Source: Amoebidium appalachense
Lineage: Eukaryota > Protista > Ichthyosporea
Direction of reading: 5' to 3'
Assembly: GCA_963693365.1 (NCBI GenBank)
Contig: CAVNZM010000002.1
Span: forward strand, 7,346,454 to 7,410,453
DNA length: 64,000 bases
The first letter of the stretch is position 1. Each line of letters opens with the position of its first letter. Of this stretch, positions 28,101 to 50,102 are shown one piece after another. The notes beneath the pieces are model-generated. The model worked only from the letters and a program-made list of their open reading frames with translations, searched no databases and was not told where the DNA came from. The position numbers were made by a program, and so were the translations under genes.

Positions 28101-29518
28101 GCAACACCAACAAAACGAAACCGTCAACGTATGCAACTCAAACCGCAGAAGGAAGATGTTCACAGAAGGGTGCGATAACGAGGCCAAACGAATGACCCAC
28201 ACGCAGACCTATAGGTAAGGATACCACCACCACCCACCCGAAATAAAACCTCACACAAGCAAAACGAAATCACAGTCCCTCTTACACCAACACACTTTTA
28301 ACCACCACAGAAATGCACGCTGCACGGGTGCACACTCACACACACATGAACACAACAGACATACATGCGCATACACGCACACGCAAAAGCACACACATAG
28401 ACACATGCGCCCGGACACACACGCGCATATACATACACGCACAGACCCACAAGCGTGCGAGCGGGCACACACACACACACACCCCACACACCTACCCACA
28501 CCCACACCCACGGGCACGCGCACGCAGAATCACACTTTCAAACAAAACATCTGCATGCACGAGAAATAGCAAACACTTACCAAGAATAGGCAATCGGGTG
28601 AACCACCGAAACCCCTCCCCCACCCGTTCCTCCGGATGAAATGCAAAACAACATCCAAAAAAATCAACTAGTGACATACAGTGCACGCACACAACAGAGA
28701 AAGAACATCGTTCAGCGGGCCCAAATACGAAAGCATGCGCACGTGCACACACTTGTGCAGCGTTTAAATAGTTGAAATAATGATGGTATCCGAAAATTAG
28801 AGGAACCATAAGCTGTGTAAAACGGCGTGTACATGTGTGTCTGCAAATTCGTGCGAGCATGAACTTCACAACGTGTAAATGCATCAAACCAACCATCTGT
28901 GTGTGATTTCAATACACTGTCAGAATAACAAGCAGTGTGCATTCATCGTTGCATGTGAGCATATGAAATGCAAGCCAAAAAGGAGAAAAAAAAAAATCGC
29001 AAAAGGTGGAAAACAGGAAGCTACACACGAAGATCCCAACCTGCCACACGGAGCATATGAAGCTTGAAAACAAAAAGGATGGTGCAACGTTTGAACGTAT
29101 CATTTCAGCCAGTAATAAAACAGGAAATTATAGACAAACTATACACGTTTTTCTACATATCCCTTGGTTCTCCAGCAATGCTATCGGGAAGAAAACCACG
29201 TGTAATTTTTGTGTTTTAGGGAGGGCACTGAACGGATGTAAATATTGACACATCATGACAGACAACTCCCCTTGAGCAAAAAAGAGACACAAATTCCGCT
29301 CAGAATTACAAAAATAAAGCTAGCATAACAGTGTAGGCCAGACAAATCCAAGAAAGAAACAACACTGCAAAGTTTTTTCGCTTGCCCAAACGCCACAAAA
29401 CGAGGAACCAACCGTGGGGAAAAAAACAAGGGGAAGAAAAGGCAAACGTACCTTCAAAAACTGGACGTGTTGTTCCACCTTCCGGGTCCGGTCCGTGCCT
29501 GTCATATTGCTCGCTCAT
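21419..29518 (-). CDS. Q/P-rich protein with one C2H2 zinc finger (putative transcription factor); exons 29518-29452, 26501-25236, 23697-21419 (~1200 aa)
   Basis: Two phase-1 GT-AG introns join MSEQYDRHGP...VFE|VGAHDADTE... and ...SAGE|GPQSGPKPMETT...; finger CTQPGCTRAYSTDNSLRNHIRLKH (CX4CX12HX4H); long poly-Q tracts. Exon 1 is the least certain part; probable compensating indels at ~22355-22640. Confidence 0.8.
23926..24015 (-). mobile_element. Decayed 3' fragment of the poly(C)-associated element
   Basis: Reverse complement catactctttatgtgtgctttgcactccgc...gtgtactcc...ttctattcccc, between poly(C) runs, sense to host. Confidence 0.6.
26884..27091 (-). mobile_element. Two tandem 3' fragments (subfamily B-like) of the poly(C)-associated element
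   Basis: 27017-27091 rc = tttatgtatggtttgcattctgcatcgtgttgtccgttgttcatgtgtatttcgtactttatgacgcatccaaa+poly(C); 26884-26993 rc begins ctgagaatgggctctgcttattatgcatc. Confidence 0.85.
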
Positions 29519-31067
29519 TCTGCGGCGCAAATAATGCGCCACACTAAACTACGTCTACTCTACCCACCTACAAAAAAACCCCGCTTCCTTCTTTTCTCCT
29601 TCCTCCTAGCGCTTTCGGCATGGAACACCACATGTCGAAAGCGGGCTGGAAAGCCGGACAAATTCTATCGCCAGTGTAAGACAGGAATGTCCTGTTGTTT
29701 ATGCAGCCCTTAGGGGGAGAAAAGGGCTCTAAACTTACGGGGAAAAAATGATGAAACATAAGTTTATAGAGCCGGTCTTGTGTCTACTTGCAGTGGCATA
29801 GAAGCTTCAAGGAACAACGTTTGCTAGGATGCGCAGTGCAGCAGTGCGCAAAATTATGTCTATTGCGAATCCCCTTGGTCGTATAATTTTTTTCACAGGA
29901 ATGCCAAGCTTAGCCTACAGTATTACTATCCGTTCTTACAGGAAGAATAAGTGTGAAAGATAACATCGAACGTTAAATTATGTTTGCTAAGTAAAAGGCC
30001 TCGAAAAACAAACACTTCCCTAAGTGAAAAATTAGTTGAAAGCTTCAAAAACGGTTCCATAGACCAGACCGGATCCACGTGTGCAGGTAGGGACAGCTGT
30101 TGCTGACATGTGATTGGCCACACGTTTCTGTGGGAGTTCTGGAGTAAGCGGCATATTTACATGCCTGACTAGAAACCAATGAAAAGCATGGAAGAAACAG
30201 AACGTTTCAAAGATGTGCTTAAAGGCATCCCCAGCTGAGAATTCCAGTAAAGCTAGGTCACTGTTAGCCTAGTTGATAAAAAGTTTTCAATACATAATAG
30301 TTTTTTGAAGTTTTTTACTTCTGAGGCTAAAGAAAAAATCTATTTATAAGCTCGACTGTAATGCGAAGCTATGAGCTTGATCCAAGAGTGATGCAGCTTC
30401 CTTTTTTTTGCCGCGATTCTAGAACCGAATCAAATGCGCGTGATCAATTATTCTAAAGACCGCACCTTTTATGGAAGGTCAACTTCATTTGTTCGAGCCT
30501 TCCTCACTATTGGTGGTTGCTAACCGCACTCGCTGGTGAGTGGCGCATACTCATGTGTGCTTTTAGAAGCCACGAGGATTGCACAAAGCCAATCATATTC
30601 ATGCAAAACATACTATCACTTCTTGATTGAACACGCCGTTATAAAATCATGCTTTGCAATAACCTTTCTTCCAGGGTGTCGCATAGCGCTACCGTGACAT
30701 CGATAATAACCACGTGCGACTCCGGGCCCGGGCTAGCCCAGGATGCGTTTGCGCAAATGATTGAGCCAGGTGACACGCAAAACTGGGCCGTTTCCGTTGT
30801 TTTTTTTTCAGCGGTGAGCCTCGATGTATGGCCGTGTGGCTTTTGTGGTTTTTTTTTTTGAGGTCCTGAGAGGGTAGGCCTAAACACATTTGGTGTGATG
30901 AGAGGTTTTACCTGAAGGGGAGTTGCGTAGTGGAGAGTATAAATGTGATGGGAAGTAGTTGAGAGACTAAAATATCAAGTTTCTGGTGGCACATGTTAGA
31001 GCATTTCTCTGCCGCCCTTGACATCAAAGGTAGCATTTCAAAACTTTTGTTATTGCCCGTGCAAGTC

Positions 31068-40562
<9,495 letters not shown>

Positions 40563-40749
40563 TCTATGTTGGTGTGGGTGCTTGTATGTGCATATCGCAC
40601 AACGCACTCTTGCACACACGCGCGTACACACAACACACACACACACACACACAACACACACACACAACACCCAGACGCGCGCACACACCCACAACACACA
40701 CGTACAAAACACACAGGCGTGCGCGCACACACACACATGCACATGCACA

Positions 40750-40781
<32 letters not shown>

Positions 40782-40812
40782 CCCGGTGCACACACACATA
40801 CACAGCTGCGCA

Positions 40813-40936
<124 letters not shown>

Positions 40937-41756
40937 CACGATCTCACCACCGTTGAAAAAGACACTTTTACTGCAACGTGCGTACACACACGCGTAAACT
41001 TATAATCGAATGTGACAAATCACAAATCTAAATGCACATGCACACCCACATGCATACAGGTGTACATAAGGGGACCATGTTCAAAATGACTACCTTCTAA
41101 AAATAGTAACTGGGCCTGTGTCAGGTGTTTTTGAAATAAGAGCCGGCGGTATGCTTCTGGAATTGGGTGACACATGTACTCCGAACAGGTCAAGGCTTTT
41201 TTACTGCAGCCCAGAATAGGATATGCACATGCGGATAGGCATTCCTAAATTTGAATTGCCAATAGAAGCAGATTTGATGATGTAAGGACGTGAAAATGGG
41301 GCTGAAAATCGGTCCCCCCCCCCCCCCCCCCCCCCCCCCTTTCCTTCTCCTCCCTCCCTCCCTCCCCCCCCCCCCACCCCCCCCCCCTCTCCCCCCCCCC
41401 CCTCCCCCCCCCCCCCCCCCCCCCACACACACACACATGCACGCACACACACTCACACCTCCACACACACACCACCCTTTACTCTCTCTGTCCCCCCCCC
41501 CCCCCCCCCCCCCCCTCCCTGCCTCCCGTCCCCCCTTGGGCCCCAAACTCTACAGTAGCTCAGGCTCTCTGCCCCCCCCCCCCCCCCCCCCCATCCTCCC
41601 CGCGCAGCCCCCTCCCTACTCCCCTGCCGCCCCGCCCCAAACATGGGCGGTACATGTATCGTACAAGATATATCTGTGTGCTTTTTAGAAAACACGTTAT
41701 GAAGTTATGTCGACGTGTCACCTGCGTACCAAAATTAGTACTCTGTAAAGCTTTTT

Positions 41757-41791
<35 letters not shown>

Positions 41792-41793
41792 CC

Positions 41794-42017
41794 CAGTTGA
41801 TGCTGCTGTCTGAGTTGGAGTGTCGTATATACGCGGGCTAAGGGGTCGAAACTCAGACGCAATTGATGACTTGGGTCCTCCCTGAGGATGGGCTCTGCTT
41901 ATGACGCATACTGTGCACATGGCTGATGTTGCATACTTGAATGTTTGCCTTTGCATGTGTCCTGCACCATGCTTCTCGTCGTGTATGCGTACTTTGTACC
42001 GTGTTCCGCATTCAAAA
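41794..42017 (+). mobile_element. 5'-truncated subfamily-A copy of the poly(C)-associated element
   Basis: Near identical to 45284-45490; preceded by a long C run and ends ccgcattcaaaa. Confidence 0.92.
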
Positions 42018-42046
42018 CCAACCCCCCGCCCCTCCCTTAGACGTCC

Positions 42047-42450
42047 TACGGTTGAATTTGCTATATTAGTATATTTGGTATATCTCGTTGGTTATCCGGT
42101 GAAGCTATCTCAGCAACTATCTCGTAACGCGTTGTGTCTTCAACGATATTCATTATCCGCTCTAGCTGGTGCTCCGACCTAAAAATCCTTTATATCGGTT
42201 TTTCCCTCCCAGGTAGCGCAAATATACACCCACATATACTCTTGCATGGCTAACGAATTAGCAATTGCTGGCCCCCATAGTTGAGCTCATACATGCAGCT
42301 TTGAATATGTAAATTTACGGTAGAACTCTCGCTTTTTTGGTATATCTCGTTGGATATTCGGTGAAGCTATCTCAGTGACTATTTCATTTGTGTCTATGGC
42401 AGCTGTACTATATATCCATCCTTAGCCCTGTCTGATGCCCCGATCGAAAA
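42047..42450 (+). repeat. Diverged direct duplication (~265-bp period) upstream of the FET gene
   Basis: tttggtatatctcgttgg.tat.cggtgaagctatctcag at ~42074 and ~42336, with weaker flanking similarity. Confidence 0.75.
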
Positions 42451-43051
42451 GAAACTTAAAAAAAAATAATAAAAAAATACCATACACGTGCAGGCACCTC
42501 ATGATATCATTCAGATGAACCTTTGTGAATTGATGTATGTCCTATGCAATACAGTATAATGCCCGGCACAAAATGCACCTAAACGGTATACAGGCGTCAC
42601 GGTACCGGTTTCCTCTCGTAGTACCCCCCCTCCCTCCCCCCTCCGAGCCCGAGTGTGTTGCCTAAAGGCTTTATCTCTTTTTTTGCAATTTGGCACTGAG
42701 CATTAGGAAAACCGATCGACACATGGAATGCGTCATAGCCTGCTGATATAAACCCAACTATAAACTAAAAAATCAATTTTCTCCCTCCTTTAAAATATAA
42801 CACCACTTAGCAGGTACTGTTTTAAAGCTTACTCACCTAACTGTTTTACCGTGCATCGATCGAGTTGTCAAGCGCGTTGCAATTGATCGCGCGCGGAACA
42901 CGGCGCCGAGGGTTCAGTTTTGTTTTGTCCAAAGGAGTTGCTTCTTATGAGTTGTGGGTAGTTTTTAGGGTGGGAAGAGGGGTGATAATACTGGGCTTAG
43001 GCCCTGACACATATATAGAACTGTTAGGAGGGTAGGAGAGAAGCAGGCAGG

Positions 43052-45026
43052 ATGGAGGTTCAACAGGACACCATCTACATTCAGGGCCTCCCGACCACCG
43101 TAACGGTGGCGGATATTGAGAGCCATTTCAGTCAGATCGGTCTTATAAAGGTGATGCTCATTCCCTCGTCGTGTGCTCATTCCTGTGCGTCGGCTGGTGC
43201 TCGTGCGTATTGGCGTGGGTGTACCTGTTTACCTGCATGTGCGTGTGTGTGTCTGCTTCTGCGTGTGTTAATGAAGGAAGGGACAGGGGAGGGGGGGGAG
43301 AGATTGGTCAGGCCTTCCAGGGTGATGGGTGGGGTGGGTGGGTGGGTGGGGTTGGGAGGAGGGGGTGGGGGGGGGGGGGGGGGGGGGGGGGTGGCGGGAT
43401 GAGGAAGGTGGGGGTGGATACAGACCGGGGTTAGGGGAAAGGAACGGGTTTGTTGTAGCATTTTAGAGGAGGCAGGTGGGGACGGTAGGGCGTTGCTGGG
43501 GGGGGGGGGGGGGGGGGGGGGGGGGGAGGGGAGGGGGGGAGGGGATAATTGCAAGAAGTGAAAAGGGCCTTACATAGATTTGGTTTTTGTGCTTATTTTG
43601 GGAAGGAGGCGTGTCTTGAAGGGCGAGTGGACGTGTTGACTTTTGGGGGTAAAGAGGGTGGGAGAATGGTGGTGGTGGTGGTGGTGGTGGTGGTGGTGGT
43701 GGTGGTGGGGCGGGGGGGGAGGGGGGGGGGGGGATGGCGCAGTTTTTGCGTTCAAAATTCTATGTTTAATTGCCTGCTTGTGTGGTAAGTGCCTGTATAT
43801 TTATTTTTTCCTGTGTATGGTTAGGCGGTGGAGTGGCCGCATGTTTTTGCTGGATGGAGGTCACAGTCCCTTAGCTTTGTAGACACATCTCTCCTAAAAG
43901 ACATCTACCCTACTGCCTCCCCTTTCGTCTATCCTCGAGTAACATGCTCTTGCAGCCTTCCCCCCCACTTCCGCCCCCCACCCCACCTTCCACCGCCCTG
44001 AGGATGGGCTCTCTTATGGTTCATACTATTTGTGCGTTCAAACCTGCATTGTATTGCCCATCGTGATTGTGTACGTCATACACTGTAACACAACTTACTC
44101 CCCCCCCCCCCCCCCCCTCCCATCCCATACTGTTTATGTATGGTTTGCACTCTGCATCGTGATATCCGTTGTTCATGTGTACTTCATGCTTTATACCGAT
44201 TCAACCCCCTCCTCCCCCCTCCTCCCCCTTCTTTTACCCCTTCCCTCACAACCTCCCGCTTCCTCCCTTGTTCAGTATTACAGTCTTTGCCCTTCATCAT
44301 TTATTTCCTCGTAGTCCTTTTCATCGTGTGCTATGCCACGTTATAACCGCCCTCGTAGTCCTTTTCATCGTGTGCTATGCCACGTTATAACCGCCCTTAT
44401 GCTCTCTCTCTCCCCTTCTCTCTCTCTGTGTGTGCTTAATTCCTTGAGGATGGGCTATCCTGATGTTTCCTACTTTGCCCGACCTTTTCTGCACGGCCTT
44501 GGATGCTGTGCACCATATGTTTCGTTGTCTTTGCTCCGTGCTGTGTAGCAAGCCCAGTCTCCCTTGTCTGGTTGCTCTTTCACGGATCCTTTCATGTGTC
44601 GGACATAAGCTCTATTTTTTGTGGGCATCATTTATCCCTTCTCTGGTTCGGGTGATTACCTGTCCTGTTTTGGACATAGAGACATAACCGTTATTGTTCT
44701 GAAGGCTTGCTTCTTGTTCTCCCCCCCCCCCTTCCCCCTCCCCCTCCTCAACCCCTGTTTTTGTGTGTTCTGGACACTTGTTTTCCTCGATTAAAAACCC
44801 TTTAACCCTCTCTTTTTCTGGACTTTAACCCCTTCCCGTTCTGGAATTTAGAAAGACAAGCGCACCAAGGAGGCCAAGATCTGGCTGTACACGGACAAGG
44901 CTACGGGCCAGCCCAAGGGCGATGCCACGGTGACCTATGAGGATGCATACACGGCAGACGCTGCCATTGATTGGTTCAGCGGTATTTTACCCCCCCCACC
45001 CCCCACCCCCAAACACACGCGCACAC

Positions 45027-45089
<63 letters not shown>

Positions 45090-45495
45090 GCCTCCCCTCC
45101 CCCCCCGACCGCTTTACTTCCATGCAACCGGGCATGGTTGCTCTGTGTCGTGCATACGTAAGCACATACGCATTTTCCGCTGCACTGCATTAGTTTGCAC
45201 ACACATATTCACCGTTTTGCTCACCTTGCTTGCATAAGCAACCCTGCTCGTCTTTGATCAAGACGGGTTGACCCTCCCAAGTTCAGTTGATGCTGCTGTC
45301 TGAGTTGGAGAGTCGTATATACGCGGGCTAAGGGGTCGAAACTCAGACGCAATTGATGACTTGGGCCCTCCCTGAGGATGGGCTCTGCTTATGACGCATA
45401 CTGTGCGCATGGCTGATGTTGCATACTTGAATGTTTGCCTTTGCATGTGTCCTTCGTGTATGCGTACTTCGTACCGTGTTCCGCATTCAACCCCC

Positions 45496-45526
<31 letters not shown>

Positions 45527-45894
45527 AAAAAAAAAAGAAAAAAAACTTACCTTCCTTGTTCTCTGCGAGGATCTCAATACCTCGCTGCACTTGTGTATGC
45601 AGGGGTGTGTGTGCATGTGGCTGTGTTGTGGGCGGCTGCGTTGTGTGTGTGTGTGTGTGTGTGTGCGTGTGTTCGTGTCTGTGTGTGTGTCGGTGTGGTC
45701 CTGTGTTTGAGATATGATGCATACCTCCTGTCCGGTGTGTTGTGTCTGGGGACACATGTAGACCACCTTGGGCAAGGCATGGTTGCCTGCCTGCCTATGT
45801 GTCTGGTCGTCATAGTGATTTGTTTGGCACATAGATGGTACCTCCCTGCCCCCCCCTATTTATTCAAAAAGAAACGTGGCGGGGGTGCATGTGT

Positions 45895-45929
<35 letters not shown>

Positions 45930-47502
45930 TGTTGGAGGGGAAGGAAGGGGGGGGGGGGGGGGGGGGGGGGGGGGGGCTTTCTTCGAAACCAACACTTTTT
46001 TCCAATTCACCAAGTTCGACTCTGTTACGTGAGAGATGCAAGAACGGATGTTGAAGGAAAGGGGGGGGGGTGGCGGGGGGGGGGGGGGGGGGGGGGGGTC
46101 GCATATCACGAGCCTGGATCGTTTTTTGCTTCCTCTCTGCTCTCCTACCCGTCTTGTGTGTCTACAGTTGTATTTGCCACCAGTTACAATCCCGTACACC
46201 GTATTCCCTGTCCGTCTATGATTGCATTTGACGTGTATTTCATTCCTGACCCATTCTATTCCCCTTCTGTATCAAATAAACCCATACCTATTCTATTCCC
46301 CATATGTATTAAACTGTATCACTAGGCAATTCTTACCTTTTTGTATAAAAGTGTAGTATTCCCAACTCTCACCTATTTTATTTCCCTTATTTAGGTAAGC
46401 CCTTTGGCAAGGAGGGTGGCATCATCACGGTGACCAAGTCGGAGCGTAAAGCCAGCCAGTGGAGCCAGGGGGATGGGGGAGGGGGTGGGCGTGGGGGGTA
46501 TGGGGGAGGTAGGGGTGGCGGAGGGGGAGGATATGGCGATCGCGACGGTGGTTACGGCGGCGGGGTAAGTTTTTGCGTAGGTGTTTCTTTTGGTGTGTGT
46601 GTGTGTGTGTGTGTCGGGTGGGTGTTTTTGGGTGTGTGTGTGTTTGTGTGTTTTTTTGGTCGGGGGGCGGCGGCAGGAGGGAATAGGGGGATGTGGGGGG
46701 AGGGTGAAAGGAGGGGGGGGGGGGGGGGGGGGGGGGGGAGAGGGGTGAGGGGGAGGTCACATTTTTTCCCCCTGCATCCTGCATAAGTCCGCACGGGCAC
46801 CCACTTTCAACCTTGTGTTTGCGTAAGCAACCCAGCTCATCTCTGGTCAAGGTGTTCGTCGTGTGTACTTCGTGCTCTGTAACAAATTCTACCCCCCTCC
46901 TCCCCCCCCCCCCCCAAAAAAAAAAAAAAAAAAAAAAAAAAAACTACCCCACCCCCCACCTACTGCCCGCCTGCCCGCCCTCCTCGCGATGGTCTCTAGA
47001 TATGTTGTGTATAAACTTTTGTTAGTTTCGGGTTGCATATCTTCATTACTCTGCCATAAATGGATGTATACTTGGTACAATACTTGTTATCCTGAAATTC
47101 TCCGTACTGTTGTGCTTTTTTCTGTTCCACCTCTGGCATGCCCACGCTCCTCATGTCGCTCCTTCATACATTCCTCACAACCGTATGTTATCGTTTCTAT
47201 TAATGCTGCGATTGTTGGTGTCGTCGATGTAATATTGTTATTACTATTACCAGTAATATTACTGTTACCAATACCATTACTTTTATTGTTGCTGTCGTTG
47301 CTGTTATTATTATCATTAGTATGAATTTTGTTCTTGTTGTCTTTATTTATTAGTGTTATTATTCGCATTAGTATTATGTGCCTTCTATCCATGGGGACGC
47401 CTACTGATCCTTTATCTTTTTTTTTTTGTCTTGCAGAGGGGTGGCCGTGGTGGTGGACGGGGTGGTGGTGGACAGTTTGGGGAAGACTGGCCCTGTCCCA
47501 GG

Positions 47503-47536
<34 letters not shown>

Positions 47537-48409
47537 CCCCTCCCTCCCTCCCTCCCTCCCTCCCTCCCTCCCTCTCTCTCTCCCTCCCTCTCTCTCCCCC
47601 CCCCCCCCCTCCCTCTCCCTCTGCCTCTCTCTCCCTCTCCCTCTCTCTCTCTCCCTCCCTCCCTTCCTCTCCTCTCCTCTCTCCTCTCTCCTCTCTCTCT
47701 CTCTCTCTCTCATTCTCCCCCCGACATCTTTACTTCCATGCAACCGGGCATGGTTGCTCTGTGTCGTGCATCTGTAAGCACATACGTGTTTGTCGCTGCA
47801 CTGCATTAGTTTGCACACACATCTTCACCGTTTTGCTCACCTTGCTTGCATAAGCAACCCTGCTCGTCTTTGATCAAGACGGGTTGACCCACCCAAGTTC
47901 AGTTGATGCTGCTGTCTGAGTTGGAGCGTCGTATATACGCGGGCTAAGGGGTCGAAACTCAGACGCAATTGATGACTTGGGCCCTCCCTGAGGATGGGCT
48001 CTGCTTATGACGCATACTGTGCGCATGGCTGATGCTGCATACTTGAATGTTTGCCTTTGCATGTGTCTTGCACCATGCTTCTCATCGTGTATGCGTACTT
48101 CGTACTGTGTTCCGCATTCAAACCCCCCCCCCCCCCCACCTCCCCCTTCTTCTCCCTCTCTTTCTCTCTCTCTCCCACCACCCCCTCCCTCCCCCTCTCT
48201 CTTCCCTCCCTTTCTTCTGCTCCTCACTTCCCTCCCCCCCTCCCCCCCCCCCCCCCCTTCCCCCCTTTCTTCCATTTCCTCCCCCTTCCCCTCTCTCTTC
48301 CTGTGTGCGTGAGTGCTTGCTCGTGAGGTTGGTGGGTTGGTGGAAGAGGAGGGAGAGGGGGAATGGGTGTGCGTGTGTGGTGGTGGTGTGTGTGTGTGTG
48401 TGTGGTGGT

Positions 48410-48443
<34 letters not shown>

Positions 48444-49119
48444 GTGGGGGGTCTGCTGGGTGGAGATAGGGATGGGGTACTTACTGGGTGGCTGTATGGA
48501 TTGGTGAGAGACACATGGATCTAGTGACCTGGTGGCCCGTGAACGCCTCATAAATGTTAGGTAGTTGGCAGGAGGGGGAGAGCAGAAGACACGATGTTTG
48601 TGTTGGCGAAATATGCTGAAGTGCAATCTTGCTCGTGTTTTCTGTGCTTCTGGATGTGTCTGGGAAAACATGGTCGTCTGTGCGGGTGTGTATGCAATGT
48701 GTGTCTGTGCAAACCACAGCCTCGAACGTGGGTGTGTGCTTTTGTATTTCTCCTTGTTAACACAGCCAGGCGCGGGTGTCTGTGCTTCTGTAGGTTTCTG
48801 CCGGCAGTGTTGTACGTGTGTCTGTGTCTGAGCTTGTGAGAGTTGTCCCCTTTCCCCCCCCCCCCCCCCCCCCCCCCGGGCCCCCCCCCTGAGGATGGGC
48901 TCTGCTTATTATGCATACTCTTTATGTATGGCTTGCATTCTGCATCGTGTTATCCGTTTGTTCTTGTGTACTTCGTACTTTTTGACGCATTCAAACCCCC
49001 CCCCCTCCCCCCTCTCTCAAAAAACCACCACCACCACCAATTAAAATGAATGTCAAGGACTGCAAGCATTGGGTCCTCTCGTATGTGCTCCGTTTTTCCC
49101 TACTACTGCGTGGCATGCA

Positions 49120-49153
<34 letters not shown>

Positions 49154-49896
49154 CCCACACTTGCCCCCTGTGCTGTTTCAGACACCCGCTCACCCGGCAT
49201 GTTTTTTTTTCTTTTTTTTTACCCGCACACGTCTAATAATGATGGCCCAATCAGCTGTGGCAACACCAACTTTGCGCGCCGTGCGGAATGCAACCGTTGC
49301 AAGGCGCCCAAGCCCTCGGGCTTGGGTGGGGGCAGCAGTGGTGGGGGTGGAGGGTATGGGGGTGACCGGGGTGGTAGCCGTGATGGAGGGTGAGTACTGA
49401 ATGTGCGCCCGTTCTGACATTCACTGAATTTTTTTCGTTATGAATGTATACTTTGTACTCTACAATCAATTTTAGTTTCCCCCCCCCCTTCCCCTGCCCT
49501 TTCCACCCGGAAGCTTTCCTCCGTGGGGCCTCGACTCCTCGGTGCTTTTCCCTGTTTATCTCTATGTATGTATGTGGTAGTGGTGTGTTTGCGTCCGCAC
49601 GGGTGGGTTTATGTTTTTGTGTGTGTGTATGTGTCTGTGCGTGTCGTGTGCTCGCACTGGCGTGTGTGTGCATGTGTAGGTTTGGGGGTATACCGTGAAC
49701 TCCCATTTCTTAAACCCCTCCCCCCGCTGTGTGCCCATGTGCATATGGATGTGCGTGTGCTTGTGTGTGTGTGTGTGCACGCATGTATCATGTACTCCCT
49801 CTTTTTCTAGAAACCCCCCCCCCCCCCCCCCCCCCCCCTCCTCCTCCTCGTCCCTCCTTACGTGTACATGCGTTCGCGTGTCCGTCTTTATGTACA

Positions 49897-49931
<35 letters not shown>

Positions 49932-50064
49932 ACCCATCCACCTACCCACCCACCCACCCACCCACCCACCCTCTCCCTCCCTCCCTCGCGAGTGGTGTGT
50001 GTGTCCCATTTTTTTACCTGCTGTGACACCAAAAGAAACACGATTTCCCTCTTTTTCAGTGTGT

Positions 50065-50102
<38 letters not shown>

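Noticed and set aside
45244-45340. Faint 5S rRNA-like words (ctcgtc..tgatc, gctaag..gggtcg) suggesting a SINE3
   Set aside because: Spacing and helix pattern do not match 5S, and the second word is not conserved in subfamily B
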